A DNA stretch of 64,000 bases from a phage. Shown here in pieces: positions 13,023 through 22,082 of this stretch. Numbering within the stretch: position 1 is the first letter of the stretch; every line of letters begins with the position of its first letter. The stretch lies in sequence record PZ154895.1; one strand, 5' to 3'. Below the pieces are notes generated by a model that did no database searches, had not been told where the DNA came from, and saw only the letters and a program-made list of their open reading frames with translations. The translations under genes and the position numbers were made by a program.

Positions 13023-13600
13023 AAGCGAGTACAGTACTTCAAATTGCATATTTAGTATCGCAAGAATCCAAATGTTGCTCCTGGAAGGTAGGAGCAGTAA
13101 TTGAAAAGAATGGACGTATTATTTCTACCGGATATAATGGTTCACCTGCAGGTGGTGTGAATTGTTGTGATTATGCTGCTGAGCAAGGTTGGTTGCTGAA
13201 TAAGCCTAAACATACTATCATTCAAGGTCATAAGCCCGAATGTGTATCATTTGGTTCAACTGATCGTTTTGTCTTAGCGAAAGAACACCGTAGTGCTCAC
13301 TCTGAATGGTCGTCTAAAAATGAAATTCATGCTGAACTAAATGCGATTTTGTTTGCTGCACGAAACGGTTCTTCAATTGAAGGTGCTACTATGTATGTAA
13401 CACTTTCTCCTTGCCCAGATTGTGCAAAAGCGATAGCTCAATCTGGTATTAAAAAGCTGGTTTATTGCGAAACATACGATAAGAATAAACCTGGCTGGGA
13501 TGATATTCTGCGAAATGCAGGTATTGAAGTGTTTAATGTTCCTAAGAAAAACTTGAATAAGTTAAATTGGGAAAATATCAACGAATTCTGTGGTGAATAA
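13019..13600 (+). CDS. cd: dCMP deaminase
   Basis: 193 aa; zinc-binding motifs HAELNA and PCPDCA; recognised as T4 Cd. Confidence 0.92.
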   Translation: MKASTVLQIAYLVSQESKCCSWKVGAVIEKNGRIISTGYNGSPAGGVNCCDYAAEQGWLLNKPKHTIIQGHKPECVSFGSTDRFVLAKEHRSAHSEWSSKNEIHAELNAILFAARNGSSIEGATMYVTLSPCPDCAKAIAQSGIKKLVYCETYDKNKPGWDDILRNAGIEVFNVPKKNLNKLNWENINEFCGE

Positions 13601-13836
13601 TGAAATTTCGTTTGGTACAGCTCACAGCAATTAGTTCTTATTCTAACGAGAACATTTCATTTGCTGTAGAGTATAAGAAATATTTTTTCTCTAAATGGAA
13701 GCAGTATTATAAGTCAGAATGGGTTTGTATTGATAGACCGTATAGTTGGAAATCTGATTTAGAAAAATGCCAAAAATTGCTTTCCACTCTTAAAGAACGT
13801 GGAACAACCCATATTAAAACTGTAATAGGTAAATAA
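13600..13836 (+). CDS. hypothetical small protein (78 aa)
   Basis: ORF in cd-31 interval. Confidence 0.4.
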   Translation: MKFRLVQLTAISSYSNENISFAVEYKKYFFSKWKQYYKSEWVCIDRPYSWKSDLEKCQKLLSTLKERGTTHIKTVIGK

Positions 13837-14145
13837 ATGAAATTGACAACTGAACAGAAAGTAGCAATTCGTGAAATTTTGAAAACTAAATTGTCCATGG
13901 GTATTTCAAACGTGGTTTTTGAAAAGTCTGATGGTACTATTCGTACCATGAAAGGCACTCGTGATGCAGACTTTATGCCAACCATGCAAACTGGTAAATT
14001 GACTGAATCTACTCGGAAAGAATCTACTGATATGATTCCAGTATTTGATGTTGAGCTTGGTGCATGGCGAGGTTTTTCTATTGACAAATTGATTTCTGTT
14101 AATGGTATGAAAGTTGAGCATTTGCTTCAATTTATTGGTAAATAA
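13837..14145 (+). CDS. hypothetical small protein (102 aa)
   Basis: ORF in cd-31 interval. Confidence 0.45.
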   Translation: MKLTTEQKVAIREILKTKLSMGISNVVFEKSDGTIRTMKGTRDADFMPTMQTGKLTESTRKESTDMIPVFDVELGAWRGFSIDKLISVNGMKVEHLLQFIGK

Positions 14146-14146
14146 A

Positions 14147-14171
14147 TGCTTTAAGAATTATTTGTTATTAT
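14147..14171 (+). promoter_or_regulatory. middle (MotA-type) promoter for gene 31
   Basis: MotA-box-like aaTGCTTtA around 14146-14154 and tattat at 14166-14171, about 12 bp apart. Confidence 0.5.
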
Positions 14172-14201
14172 TAATTCATCTGTTAACAAAAAGGAAAAAC
14201 G

Positions 14202-14537
14202 ATGTCTGAAGTACAACAGCTACCAATTCGTGCTGTCGGTGAATATGTTATTTTAGTTTCTGAACCTGCACAAGCCGGTGATGAAGAAGTTACAGAATCA
14301 GGACTTATTATCGGTAAACGTGTCCAAGGTGAAGTTCCTGAACTGTGTGTAGTTCACTCTGTTGGTCCTGATGTTCCTGAAGGTTTCTGCGAAGTTGGTG
14401 ATTTGACTTCTCTTCCAGTTGGTCAAATTCGAAACGTTCCGCATCCTTTTGTAGCTCTGGGTCTTAAGCAGCCAAAAGAAATTAAACAAAAATTCGTTAC
14501 CTGTCACTATAAAGCTATTCCGTGTCTTTATAAGTGA
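14202..14537 (+). CDS. 31: co-chaperonin for GroEL (GroES analogue)
   Basis: 111 aa; [30 protein letters not shown]... recognised as T4 gp31. Confidence 0.93.
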
Positions 14538-14545
14538 TATAAATA
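14538..14545 (+). promoter_or_regulatory. late promoter motif TATAAATA upstream of rIII
   Basis: exact tataaata immediately after gene 31 stop. Confidence 0.45.
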
Positions 14546-14663
14546 ATAATATGAATTGAGTTTCAATTCTATGTGGTAGTCTACAACTGAGAGATCTGTC
14601 GAAAGAAGATGAAATTCAGAAGAACGTGACTACCGAGTTTTAATCTCTAACGAGAATTTTTAA

Positions 14664-14912
14664 ATGATTAAACAATTACAACACGCTCTTGAACTGCAAC
14701 GAAACGCATGGAATAATGGTCACGAAAACTATGGCGCATCTATTGATGTTGAAGCCGAAGCTCTTGAAATCCTGCGTTATTTCAAACATCTGAATCCTGC
14801 TCAAACTGCATTAGCCGCTGAGCTTCAGGAAAAAGATGAACTTAAGTATGCTAAGCCTCTGGCTTCTGCTGCACGAAAAGCAGTTCGTCACTTTGTGGTA
14901 ACACTGAAGTAA
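14664..14912 (+). CDS. rIII: lysis inhibition accessory protein rIII
   Basis: 82 aa; MIKQLQHALELQRNAWNNGHENYG... recognised as T4 rIII; synteny next to gene 31. Confidence 0.85.
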   Translation: MIKQLQHALELQRNAWNNGHENYGASIDVEAEALEILRYFKHLNPAQTALAAELQEKDELKYAKPLASAARKAVRHFVVTLK

Positions 14913-15106
14913 TTTATTGGAGAGTCACTGCCTTAGTGTGAAGTTAAAACGAGGAGCCGTCGAACTTTGTTTTACGGTGTACCTCTTGAATGTTGACGAG
15001 GTTTATGGTTATCCTGTCGGTAAATATTCAAAACCTAAGTACCCCTTGAGGGCTTTCGCAGGCAATGCCAATAAGTCCTGCATTTTCATTTAAAAGAGAA
15101 TTTATA

Positions 15107-15283
15107 ATGGCAAAACAAGCTAAAGCAAAGAAAGCAGTTGAAAAGAAAGTTGGTGATTCTAAACGCGCTGGTTACAAGCGTGGGTCGAACTCTCGTATCA
15201 ATCAAACTGTTGAGAAGATCATGCGCCGAGCACGTGCGGTTCTTCGAGATGATGCTTCTCGTTTTGGTAAGCAGAAAGCATAA
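15107..15283 (+). CDS. hypothetical small highly basic protein (58 aa)
   Basis: MAKQAKAKKAVEKK... Lys/Arg-rich; own RBS; strong terminator follows; longer ORF 15065 lacks RBS. Confidence 0.5.
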   Translation: MAKQAKAKKAVEKKVGDSKRAGYKRGSNSRINQTVEKIMRRARAVLRDDASRFGKQKA

Positions 15284-15287
15284 GTTG

Positions 15288-15316
15288 AGGACTCCTTCGG
15301 GAGTCCTTTTTTATTT
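15288..15316 (+). terminator. rho-independent terminator
   Basis: hairpin aggactccttcgggagtcct with UUCG loop followed by tttttatttt. Confidence 0.8.
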
Positions 15317-15336
15317 TCCAAAGATTGCATAAAGTT

Positions 15337-15386
15337 GTTTACAGTATAGTTCCTTTGTGATAGTATTATCTTACACAAACAAAGGA
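15337..15386 (+). promoter_or_regulatory. early-type promoter with imperfect inverted repeat spanning -10
   Basis: gtttac 15337-15342, tagtat 15361-15366; tcctttgtg / cacaaacaaagga arms. Confidence 0.45.
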
Positions 15387-15393
15387 GAATAAA

Positions 15394-15726
15394 ATGAAAA
15401 CGATTAATCTGAACGCCACAGTTAAAACTAAATGCTTCAATGGTAAATATGATGAAACTATGTGGTTCTTAATGGCAGTTGAAGGTGATATTATTGAAGT
15501 AGAAACAACAGAAGGTATGGGAACAGATTTCACCTTTACAATTCAAGTTCATAATTTCTTTACTGGTTGGATTTATGAATTGAATACAGTAATCGTTGGA
15601 AAAATTGAACAAAATGAATTGGGTGAATGGTATTATGTTACAGCTCGCCAACGTGCCGAACGCTTAATTGAGAAGATGAAAAAAGTTGGTAAACTTGACA
15701 TGCAACATTGGAAAGTAGTAAAATAA
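15394..15726 (+). CDS. hypothetical protein (110 aa)
   Basis: ORF with AAGGAG RBS. Confidence 0.5.
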   Translation: MKTINLNATVKTKCFNGKYDETMWFLMAVEGDIIEVETTEGMGTDFTFTIQVHNFFTGWIYELNTVIVGKIEQNELGEWYYVTARQRAERLIEKMKKVGKLDMQHWKVVK

Positions 15727-15728
15727 TT

Positions 15729-15768
15729 GTTTACTTTGGTACAGGATATGATATTATATACCTGTACC
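15729..15768 (+). promoter_or_regulatory. early-type promoter inside inverted repeat ggtacagg/cctgtacc
   Basis: gtttac 15729-15734, -10 tattat about 15752-15757, perfect 8-bp inverted repeat 15738-15745/15761-15768. Confidence 0.5.
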
Positions 15769-15781
15769 GCAATTAAACATC

Positions 15782-16159
15782 TTGGAGAATAAAATGAACT
15801 ACATCAACTTTGAACGTAAATATGTTTCTAATGGTATTGCAGGTTCTATTGATACTATTTGCCTTTGGAAACATCAAAATGGATCAGTATGCGAAATTGA
15901 ACAGTATATGACTCCTAACTACGTTTATATGCGATTTGAAAATGGCATCACGGTTTCAATCACGAAAGAAGGTTCTTCTTTTAAAATCGCATTAGATGAT
16001 GATTTTCGTCAACGTGATTTAGGTACTCATCCTTGCTGGAATGGCGTCAATCGTAAGCTTCTGGTTAAAACTTGGATTCGTCATATTCTGAGTAACAGAG
16101 CTAAACCTGAGCATCTTGAAGCGATCTTTGATGTAGTTCTTAACGAATTTGATATTTAA
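15782..16159 (+). CDS. hypothetical protein (125 aa)
   Basis: ORF with GGAGAAT RBS. Confidence 0.5.
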   Translation: MENKMNYINFERKYVSNGIAGSIDTICLWKHQNGSVCEIEQYMTPNYVYMRFENGITVSITKEGSSFKIALDDDFRQRDLGTHPCWNGVNRKLLVKTWIRHILSNRAKPEHLEAIFDVVLNEFDI

Positions 16160-16169
16160 AATAAAATGA

Positions 16170-16190
16170 GGGGCTTCGGCCCCTTACTGA
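16170..16190 (+). terminator. terminator-like hairpin
   Basis: ggggcttcggcccc with UUCG loop, weak T tract after. Confidence 0.5.
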
Positions 16191-16200
16191 GGAAAATACT

Positions 16201-16488
16201 ATGTTTATGACTACTTATTTTGATACCCGCAAAAATTTCTGTGAAGTGGTTTTCTCTAAGGCGCCTAAAGACCTTCCTGCTCATTTGCAGCCTACTAGTG
16301 AATCGATTAAAAACTATGTTAATGTAGTCTGCCCTTTAGAGTTCCGTACTGTAAATGGCCGCGATACTTTAGCTATCACTAAACTTAATCGTGAAATTGA
16401 CATTGACCCTTCAATTGCGCGCGAAATTAACATTTCTGATATCGGCGGCGGTAATGTTAAATCACACGGTTTTCAGATGAGATTTTAA
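16201..16488 (+). CDS. hypothetical protein (95 aa)
   Basis: ORF with GAGGAAAA RBS. Confidence 0.5.
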   Translation: MFMTTYFDTRKNFCEVVFSKAPKDLPAHLQPTSESIKNYVNVVCPLEFRTVNGRDTLAITKLNREIDIDPSIAREINISDIGGGNVKSHGFQMRF

Positions 16489-16492
16489 TAAA

Positions 16493-16708
16493 ATGTTTAA
16501 GAAATTAATCCAGAAATTACTGGGCACGGAAATGGTCGAAGTTACTTATCGTGTGACTGATGTCTCTCCGCTCACTGAAGACCATTTAGAGCCATATATT
16601 ATGACAATTAAAATGCTTAAACACGATGGCGGATTATCTATTGAAGACCGTTTACCAAGTTATGGTCATTGGGCTGATATTGAAATTATAAGTATTAAAG
16701 ATGTCTGA
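16493..16708 (+). CDS. hypothetical small protein (71 aa)
   Basis: ORF, coupled to next gene. Confidence 0.45.
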   Translation: MFKKLIQKLLGTEMVEVTYRVTDVSPLTEDHLEPYIMTIKMLKHDGGLSIEDRLPSYGHWADIEIISIKDV

Positions 16709-17159
16709 GTTAGAGATTAGAAGCAATTTTAGATGGCCATCATGTGCATTAAGTAATTTCGCCCAATGGCCTTTCGTTATGGATGGCATTCAATTTGGAG
16801 GTCTCGAAGGATTCCTCCAAGGGTGTAAGGTGAAAAATGTTGAACATCAAAGACGTATATTTGGGTTATCCGGGCTTGCCGCCCAACAAGCTGGAAGGTC
16901 TTATGCTAGAGCTCAGGACCGTGGGACCCTCTTCTGGCTTGGAGTTCCGTTTTCAAGATACTCCCCGGCGTGGAAAGAATTATACACAAATGCATATTTT
17001 GAAGCAGCGATCCAAAACAAGGGCTTTCGCGATGCATTACAAGCCTCGAAAGGAAAAGTTTTGAAGCACAGCATGGCTAGTGGTCTAACAAAAGATGATA
17101 CAATACTAACCGAAGCTGAATTTATTGATGTGTTAAACCTATTAAGAGACTCTCTATGA
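16701..17159 (+). CDS. NADAR (YbiA-like) domain protein
   Basis: 152 aa; LSNFAQWPF...DG...EGFLQGCK closely matches the YbiA/NADAR signature FSNFAAWP...DG...EHYFQAQK as I recall it. Confidence 0.65.
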   Translation: MSELEIRSNFRWPSCALSNFAQWPFVMDGIQFGGLEGFLQGCKVKNVEHQRRIFGLSGLAAQQAGRSYARAQDRGTLFWLGVPFSRYSPAWKELYTNAYFEAAIQNKGFRDALQASKGKVLKHSMASGLTKDDTILTEAEFIDVLNLLRDSL

Positions 17160-18019
17160 AGCCAACTATTTTGACTGATATTGATGGAGTATGTTTAAGC
17201 TGGCAATCAGGCCTTCCTTATTTTGCTCAGAAATATAATCTTCCGTTAGAACATATTTTAAAAATGATCCAAGATGAGAAATTTATTTCTCCAGGTAAAC
17301 TCTTTAATTGTGATGAAGAACTTGGTGTCAAGTTAATTGAAAAATACAATCGTTCAGATTTTATTCGTTACTTGTCTCCGTATAAAGATGCCCTGTGTGT
17401 AATTAACAAATTAAAAGAAGATTATAATTTTGTAGCTGTTACAGCATTGGGTGATTCTATTGACGCTCTGTTGAATCGTCAATTTAATTTGAATGCTCTT
17501 TTTCCTGGTGCCTTCTCAGAAGTAATGATGTGTGGTCATGATTCTTCAAAAGAAGAGTTATTCAAAAAGGCAAAAGAGAAATATAACGTAATTTGTTATA
17601 TTGACGATCTCGCTCACCATTGCGATCATGCGAGTGAAATATTAAATGTTCCGGTTTATTGGATGGCTCGAGGAGAGCGTGACAATATTCCAAAAACTGC
17701 GCAGCGAGTTTATACATGGAATGATGTAGAAAATAAGCTTTTTTCACCAAAGGAAAATAAAGAAAGTTTTGATAGTGAAAAAGCTATAAAAGATGTAATT
17801 GAGAAGATGGTTAAAAACGATTCTTTTCGTTGGAACACTACTTGGAGAACTCCTGGATTTAATCCGTATAATCCATATTATACACATCCATATAATCCAT
17901 ATTATACACACCCGTATCATATGAATCCATTCCATACGTGGAGTTATACCAAGCCTGGCGATGCAGGATATTTTAATAGATTTACTAGTGGTGATAATAT
18001 TTTCCAAGGAGCATTCTAA
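17156..18019 (+). CDS. HAD-superfamily phosphatase-like protein with Tyr/Pro/His-rich repeated C-terminus
   Basis: 287 aa; N-terminal DxDG motif LTDIDGV; C-terminal NPYNPYYTHPYNPYYTHPY repeat. Confidence 0.6.
   Translation: MKPTILTDIDGVCLSWQSGLPYFAQKYNLPLEHILKMIQDEKFISPGKLFNCDEELGVKLIEKYNRSDFIRYLSPYKDALCVINKLKEDYNFVAVTALGDSIDALLNRQFNLNALFPGAFSEVMMCGHDSSKEELFKKAKEKYNVICYIDDLAHHCDHASEILNVPVYWMARGERDNIPKTAQRVYTWNDVENKLFSPKENKESFDSEKAIKDVIEKMVKNDSFRWNTTWRTPGFNPYNPYYTHPYNPYYTHPYHMNPFHTWSYTKPGDAGYFNRFTSGDNIFQGAF
17861..17914 (+). repeat. intragenic tandem repeat (2 exact 20-nt copies, period 24)
   Basis: tataatccatattatacaca at 17867-17886 and 17891-17910. Confidence 0.9.
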
Positions 18020-18288
18020 TGTTTGTCGTTCACACTATTTATGAAAATGAAGGTAATACTACACGTGATTACGGTCACGTAAATCAATTTTTTAGATGCA
18101 ATCCAGAATTCCGAGCTCAAAAAGACGAACGAATTTTTAAAAAATGTGTAGAGCAAGGTTTCATTTACGTCAAGCATTGGATGCAAGGAAATAAAGTTAG
18201 AACTACATATCATAAGTCTTTGCCTGAGCTTAATGATGAATTGATTTATAATAGAGCTGTAAACCAAACCTTGAAGGATGAGCAATGA
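18019..18288 (+). CDS. hypothetical protein (89 aa)
   Basis: ATGA-coupled ORF immediately upstream of ligase. Confidence 0.5.
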   Translation: MFVVHTIYENEGNTTRDYGHVNQFFRCNPEFRAQKDERIFKKCVEQGFIYVKHWMQGNKVRTTYHKSLPELNDELIYNRAVNQTLKDEQ

Positions 18289-19748
18289 TTCTTAAAATTC
18301 TGAATGAAATAGCATCTATTAGATCAACTAAGCAGAAGCAAGCAATTCTTGAAAAGAATAAAGATAATGAATTGCTTAAACGAGTATATCGTCTGACTTA
18401 TTCTCGTGGGTTACAGTATTATATCAAGAAATGGCCTAAACCTGGTATTGCTACCCAGAGTTTTGGGATGTTGACCATTACCGATATGCTTGACTTCATT
18501 GAATTCACGTTAGCTACTCGGAAATTAACTGGCAATGCAGCAATTGAGGAATTAACTGGATATATCACTGATGGTAAAAAGGATGATGTTGAAGTTTTGC
18601 GTCGAGTGATGATGCGAGATCTTGAATGCGGTGCTTCAGTATCTATTGCAAACAAAGTTTGGCCAGGTTTAATTCCTGAACAACCTCAAATGCTCGCAAG
18701 TTCTTATGATGAAAAAGGCATTAGTAAGAATATCAAATTTCCAGCTTTTGCGCAGTTAAAAGCAGATGGAGCTCGGTGTTTTGCTGAAGTTCGAGGTGAT
18801 GAATTAGATGATGTTCGTCTTTTATCACGAGCTGGTAATGAATATCTAGGATTAGATCTTCTTAAGGAAGAATTAATCAAAATGACTGCTGAAGCCCGCC
18901 AGATTCATCCAGAAGGTGTGTTAATTGATGGCGAATTGGTATACCATGAGCAAGTTAAAAAGGAACCAGAAGGCCTAGATTTTCTTTTTGATGCTTATCC
19001 TGAAATTAGTAAAGCTAAAGAATTCGCCGAAGTAGCGGAATCTCGTACTACTTCTAATGGAATCGCCAATAAATCCTTAAAAGGAACCATTTCTGAAAAA
19101 GAAGCTCAATGTATGAAGTTTCAGGTCTGGGATTATGTCCCGTTGATAGAAATATACGGTCTTCCGGCGTTTCGTTTAAAATATGATGTACGTTTTTCTA
19201 AACTAGAACAAATGACATCAGGATATGATAAAGTAATTTTAATTGAAAACCAAGTAGTAAATAACCTAGATGAAGCTAAGGTAATTTATAAAAAATATAT
19301 TGACCAAGGTTTTGAAGGTATTATTCTCAAAAATACCGACGGATTGTGGGAAAATGCTCGTTCAAAAAATCTCTATAAATTTAAAGAAGTAATTGATGTT
19401 GATTTAAAAATTGTAGGAATTTATCCTCACCGTAAAGACCCTACTAAAGCGGGTGGATTTATTCTTGAATCAGAGTGTGGAAAAATTAAAGTAAATGCTG
19501 GTTCAGGCTTAAAAGATAAAGCCGGTGTAAAATCGCATGAACTTGACCGTACTCGCATTATGGAAAACCAAAATTATTATATTGGAAAAATTCTAGAATG
19601 TGAATGCAATGGTTGGTTAAAATCTGATGGCCGCACCGATTACGTTAAATTATTTCTTCCGATTGCGATTCGTTTACGTGAAGATAAAACTAAAGCTAAT
19701 ACATTCGAGGATGTATTTGGTGATTTTCATGAGGTAACTGGTCTATGA
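18285..19748 (+). CDS. 30: ATP-dependent DNA ligase
   Basis: 487 aa; adenylation motif KADGAR; recognised as T4 DNA ligase. Confidence 0.95.
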   Translation: MILKILNEIASIRSTKQKQAILEKNKDNELLKRVYRLTYSRGLQYYIKKWPKPGIATQSFGMLTITDMLDFIEFTLATRKLTGNAAIEELTGYITDGKKDDVEVLRRVMMRDLECGASVSIANKVWPGLIPEQPQMLASSYDEKGISKNIKFPAFAQLKADGARCFAEVRGDELDDVRLLSRAGNEYLGLDLLKEELIKMTAEARQIHPEGVLIDGELVYHEQVKKEPEGLDFLFDAYPEISKAKEFAEVAESRTTSNGIANKSLKGTISEKEAQCMKFQVWDYVPLIEIYGLPAFRLKYDVRFSKLEQMTSGYDKVILIENQVVNNLDEAKVIYKKYIDQGFEGIILKNTDGLWENARSKNLYKFKEVIDVDLKIVGIYPHRKDPTKAGGFILESECGKIKVNAGSGLKDKAGVKSHELDRTRIMENQNYYIGKILECECNGWLKSDGRTDYVKLFLPIAIRLREDKTKANTFEDVFGDFHEVTGL

Positions 19749-19933
19749 AAGCTTACTTAGAAACAATTGTCGTTGCTCAAAAAGAAGGTGGAGATGTTTC
19801 TACTTCTGTATCACAAATTATGATTGAATTTATAGATGCATATGCTTATAATAAATTCACAGAAACATTTGATGCCTACGAAAAAGGTCCAAAGTTTGAA
19901 ATATACCGTACTCTCTTACCAATAGATTATTAA
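19745..19933 (+). CDS. hypothetical small protein (62 aa)
   Basis: ATGA-coupled ORF after ligase. Confidence 0.45.
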   Translation: MKAYLETIVVAQKEGGDVSTSVSQIMIEFIDAYAYNKFTETFDAYEKGPKFEIYRTLLPIDY

Positions 19934-19957
19934 AGGCCTTCGGGCCTTTAATTTTAT
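19932..19957 (+). terminator. rho-independent terminator
   Basis: hairpin aaaggccttcgggccttt then aatttta. Confidence 0.7.
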
Positions 19958-19985
19958 AAATAGAATAAACACTAGAGAGGATATG

Positions 19986-22079
19986 ATGGAACTCATTACA
20001 GAATTATTTGACGAAGATACTACTCTTCCGATTACAAACTTAAATCCAAAGAAGAAAATACCACAAATTTTTTCAGTTCATGTTGATGACGCAATTGAAC
20101 AACCAGGCTTTCGTTTATGTACCTATACATCTGGAGGTGATACTAATCGTGATTTAAAGATGGGCGATAAAATGATGCATATTGTTCCTTTTACATTAAC
20201 TGCTAAAGGTTCAATTGCTAAATTAAAAGGTCTCGGTCCAAGCCCAATTAATTACATCAATTCAGTTTTTACTGTTGCAATGCAGACGATGCGTCAGTAT
20301 AAAATTGATGCCTGTATGCTCCGTATTCTTAAGTCTAAAACTGCTGGTCAAGCTCGTCAAATTCAACTTATTGCTGATAGACTTATCCGCAGTCGTTCAG
20401 GTGGCAGATACGTCCTTCTTAAGGAACTCTGGGATTACGATAAAAAGTATGCATATATTCTTATACATCGCAAAAATGTATCACTAGAAGACATTCCAGG
20501 AGTTCCGGAAATTAGCACCGAGCTCTTTACTAAAGTTGAATCGAAGGTCGGTGATGTTTATATCAATAAAGATACTGGAGCTCAAGTAACTAAAAATGAG
20601 GCAATTGCAGCATCTATTGCACAAGAAAATGATAAACGTTCTGACCAAGCTGTAATCGTTAAAGTTAAAATTTCCCGTAGAGCAATTGCGCAAAGTCAGT
20701 CATTGGAATCTTCTAGATTTGAAAGCGAATTATTCCAGAAGTATGAATCTACCGCAGCTAATTTCAATAAACCTGCTACCGCTCCTTTAATTCCCGAAGC
20801 AGAAGAAATGAAGCTTGGAATTAATTCATTAGCTTCTAAAACTAAAGCAGCAAAAATTATTGCCGAAGGAACTGCAGATGAACTTCACTATGACTATAAA
20901 TTCTTTTCAAAAAGTGAGGTTAATGAAGTTTCTGAAAAAATTAAAGATGTAATTCTTAATGCGATTAAAAATGAACCAACTACTTCAATAAAATGTTTAG
21001 AGAAATACGCAGCAGCTGTTAATAAATTCTTTGAAGAATACAAAGATAAATGGCTTGATAAACATAATAAAACCCGTAAAGGACAGCCAGATGAAGTCTG
21101 GGAAGAAATAACTAAAAATTCCTGGAACGCAGCAAAAACTAAATTCCTCAAACGAATGATTTATAGCTTTTCTGGAATTGGTGCAGGTCCAATGATTGAT
21201 ATTACCATTGCACGTGATGGTTCTAAATATACTCCATCGCAAAAGCGCGGTATTAGAGAGTATTGTGGATCAGGATATACTGACATCAATAATCTTCTTT
21301 TAGGCCGCTACAATCCAGAACGATATGATGTAATGAGCGAAAAAGAAATTGAATCTGCGATAAATAATTTAGATTCAGCTTTTGAAAATGGTGACCGTAT
21401 ACCAGAAGGCATTACAGTTTATCGTGCTCAAAGTATGACTGCTCCTATATACGAAGCACTAGTTAAAAATAAAGTGTTCTATTTCAGAAATTTTGTATCT
21501 ACTTCTTTAACTCCTATCATTTTTGGACGTTTTGGAATTACACATGCTGGTATCGGTCTTTTAGAACCAGAAGCTCGTAATGAATTAACAGTTGATAAAA
21601 ATGAAGAAGGAATAACTATTAATCCAAGCGAAATAAGAGCGTATAAAGAAAATCCTGAATACGTTAAAGTTCAAATAGGATGGGCAATTGATGGAGCTCA
21701 TAAAGTTAATGTTGTATATCCAGGAAGTCTCGGAATAGCAACAGAAGCTGAAGTTATTCTACCACGCGGATTGATGGTCAAAGTTAATAAAATAACTGAT
21801 GCTTCTAATAATGATGGAACAACATCTAATAATACAAAACTCATTCAAGCTGAAGTTATGACTACGGAAGAACTCACCGAATCAGTAATTTATGACGGTG
21901 ACCGTCTAATGGAAACCGGCGAAGTAGTTGCAATGACAGGTGATATTGAAATAGAAGACAGAGTTGACTTTGCATCATTTGTTTCATCAAATGTTAAACA
22001 GAAAGTAGAATCATCTCTTGGATTTATTGCGTCTTGCATAGATATTACAAACATGCCTTACAAGTTCGTTCAAGGATAA
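19986..22079 (+). CDS. alt: Alt ADP-ribosyltransferase (head-packaged)
   Basis: about 697 aa; N-terminus MELITELFDEDTTLPITNL; R / STS / E-x-E ART motifs (YRAQ, FVSTSL, EAEVILPRG). Confidence 0.9.
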   Translation: MELITELFDEDTTLPITNLNPKKKIPQIFSVHVDDAIEQPGFRLCTYTSGGDTNRDLKMGDKMMHIVPFTLTAKGSIAKLKGLGPSPINYINSVFTVAMQTMRQYKIDACMLRILKSKTAGQARQIQLIADRLIRSRSGGRYVLLKELWDYDKKYAYILIHRKNVSLEDIPGVPEISTELFTKVESKVGDVYINKDTGAQVTKNEAIAASIAQENDKRSDQAVIVKVKISRRAIAQSQSLESSRFESELFQKYESTAANFNKPATAPLIPEAEEMKLGINSLASKTKAAKIIAEGTADELHYDYKFFSKSEVNEVSEKIKDVILNAIKNEPTTSIKCLEKYAAAVNKFFEEYKDKWLDKHNKTRKGQPDEVWEEITKNSWNAAKTKFLKRMIYSFSGIGAGPMIDITIARDGSKYTPSQKRGIREYCGSGYTDINNLLLGRYNPERYDVMSEKEIESAINNLDSAFENGDRIPEGITVYRAQSMTAPIYEALVKNKVFYFRNFVSTSLTPIIFGRFGITHAGIGLLEPEARNELTVDKNEEGITINPSEIRAYKENPEYVKVQIGWAIDGAHKVNVVYPGSLGIATEAEVILPRGLMVKVNKITDASNNDGTTSNNTKLIQAEVMTTEELTESVIYDGDRLMETGEVVAMTGDIEIEDRVDFASFVSSNVKQKVESSLGFIASCIDITNMPYKFVQG

Positions 22080-22082
22080 ATC

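Noticed and set aside
16837-17064. Alternative-frame ORF inside the NADAR-like gene
   Set aside because: The overlapping frame carries the recognisable NADAR motifs; this frame has none and no RBS.
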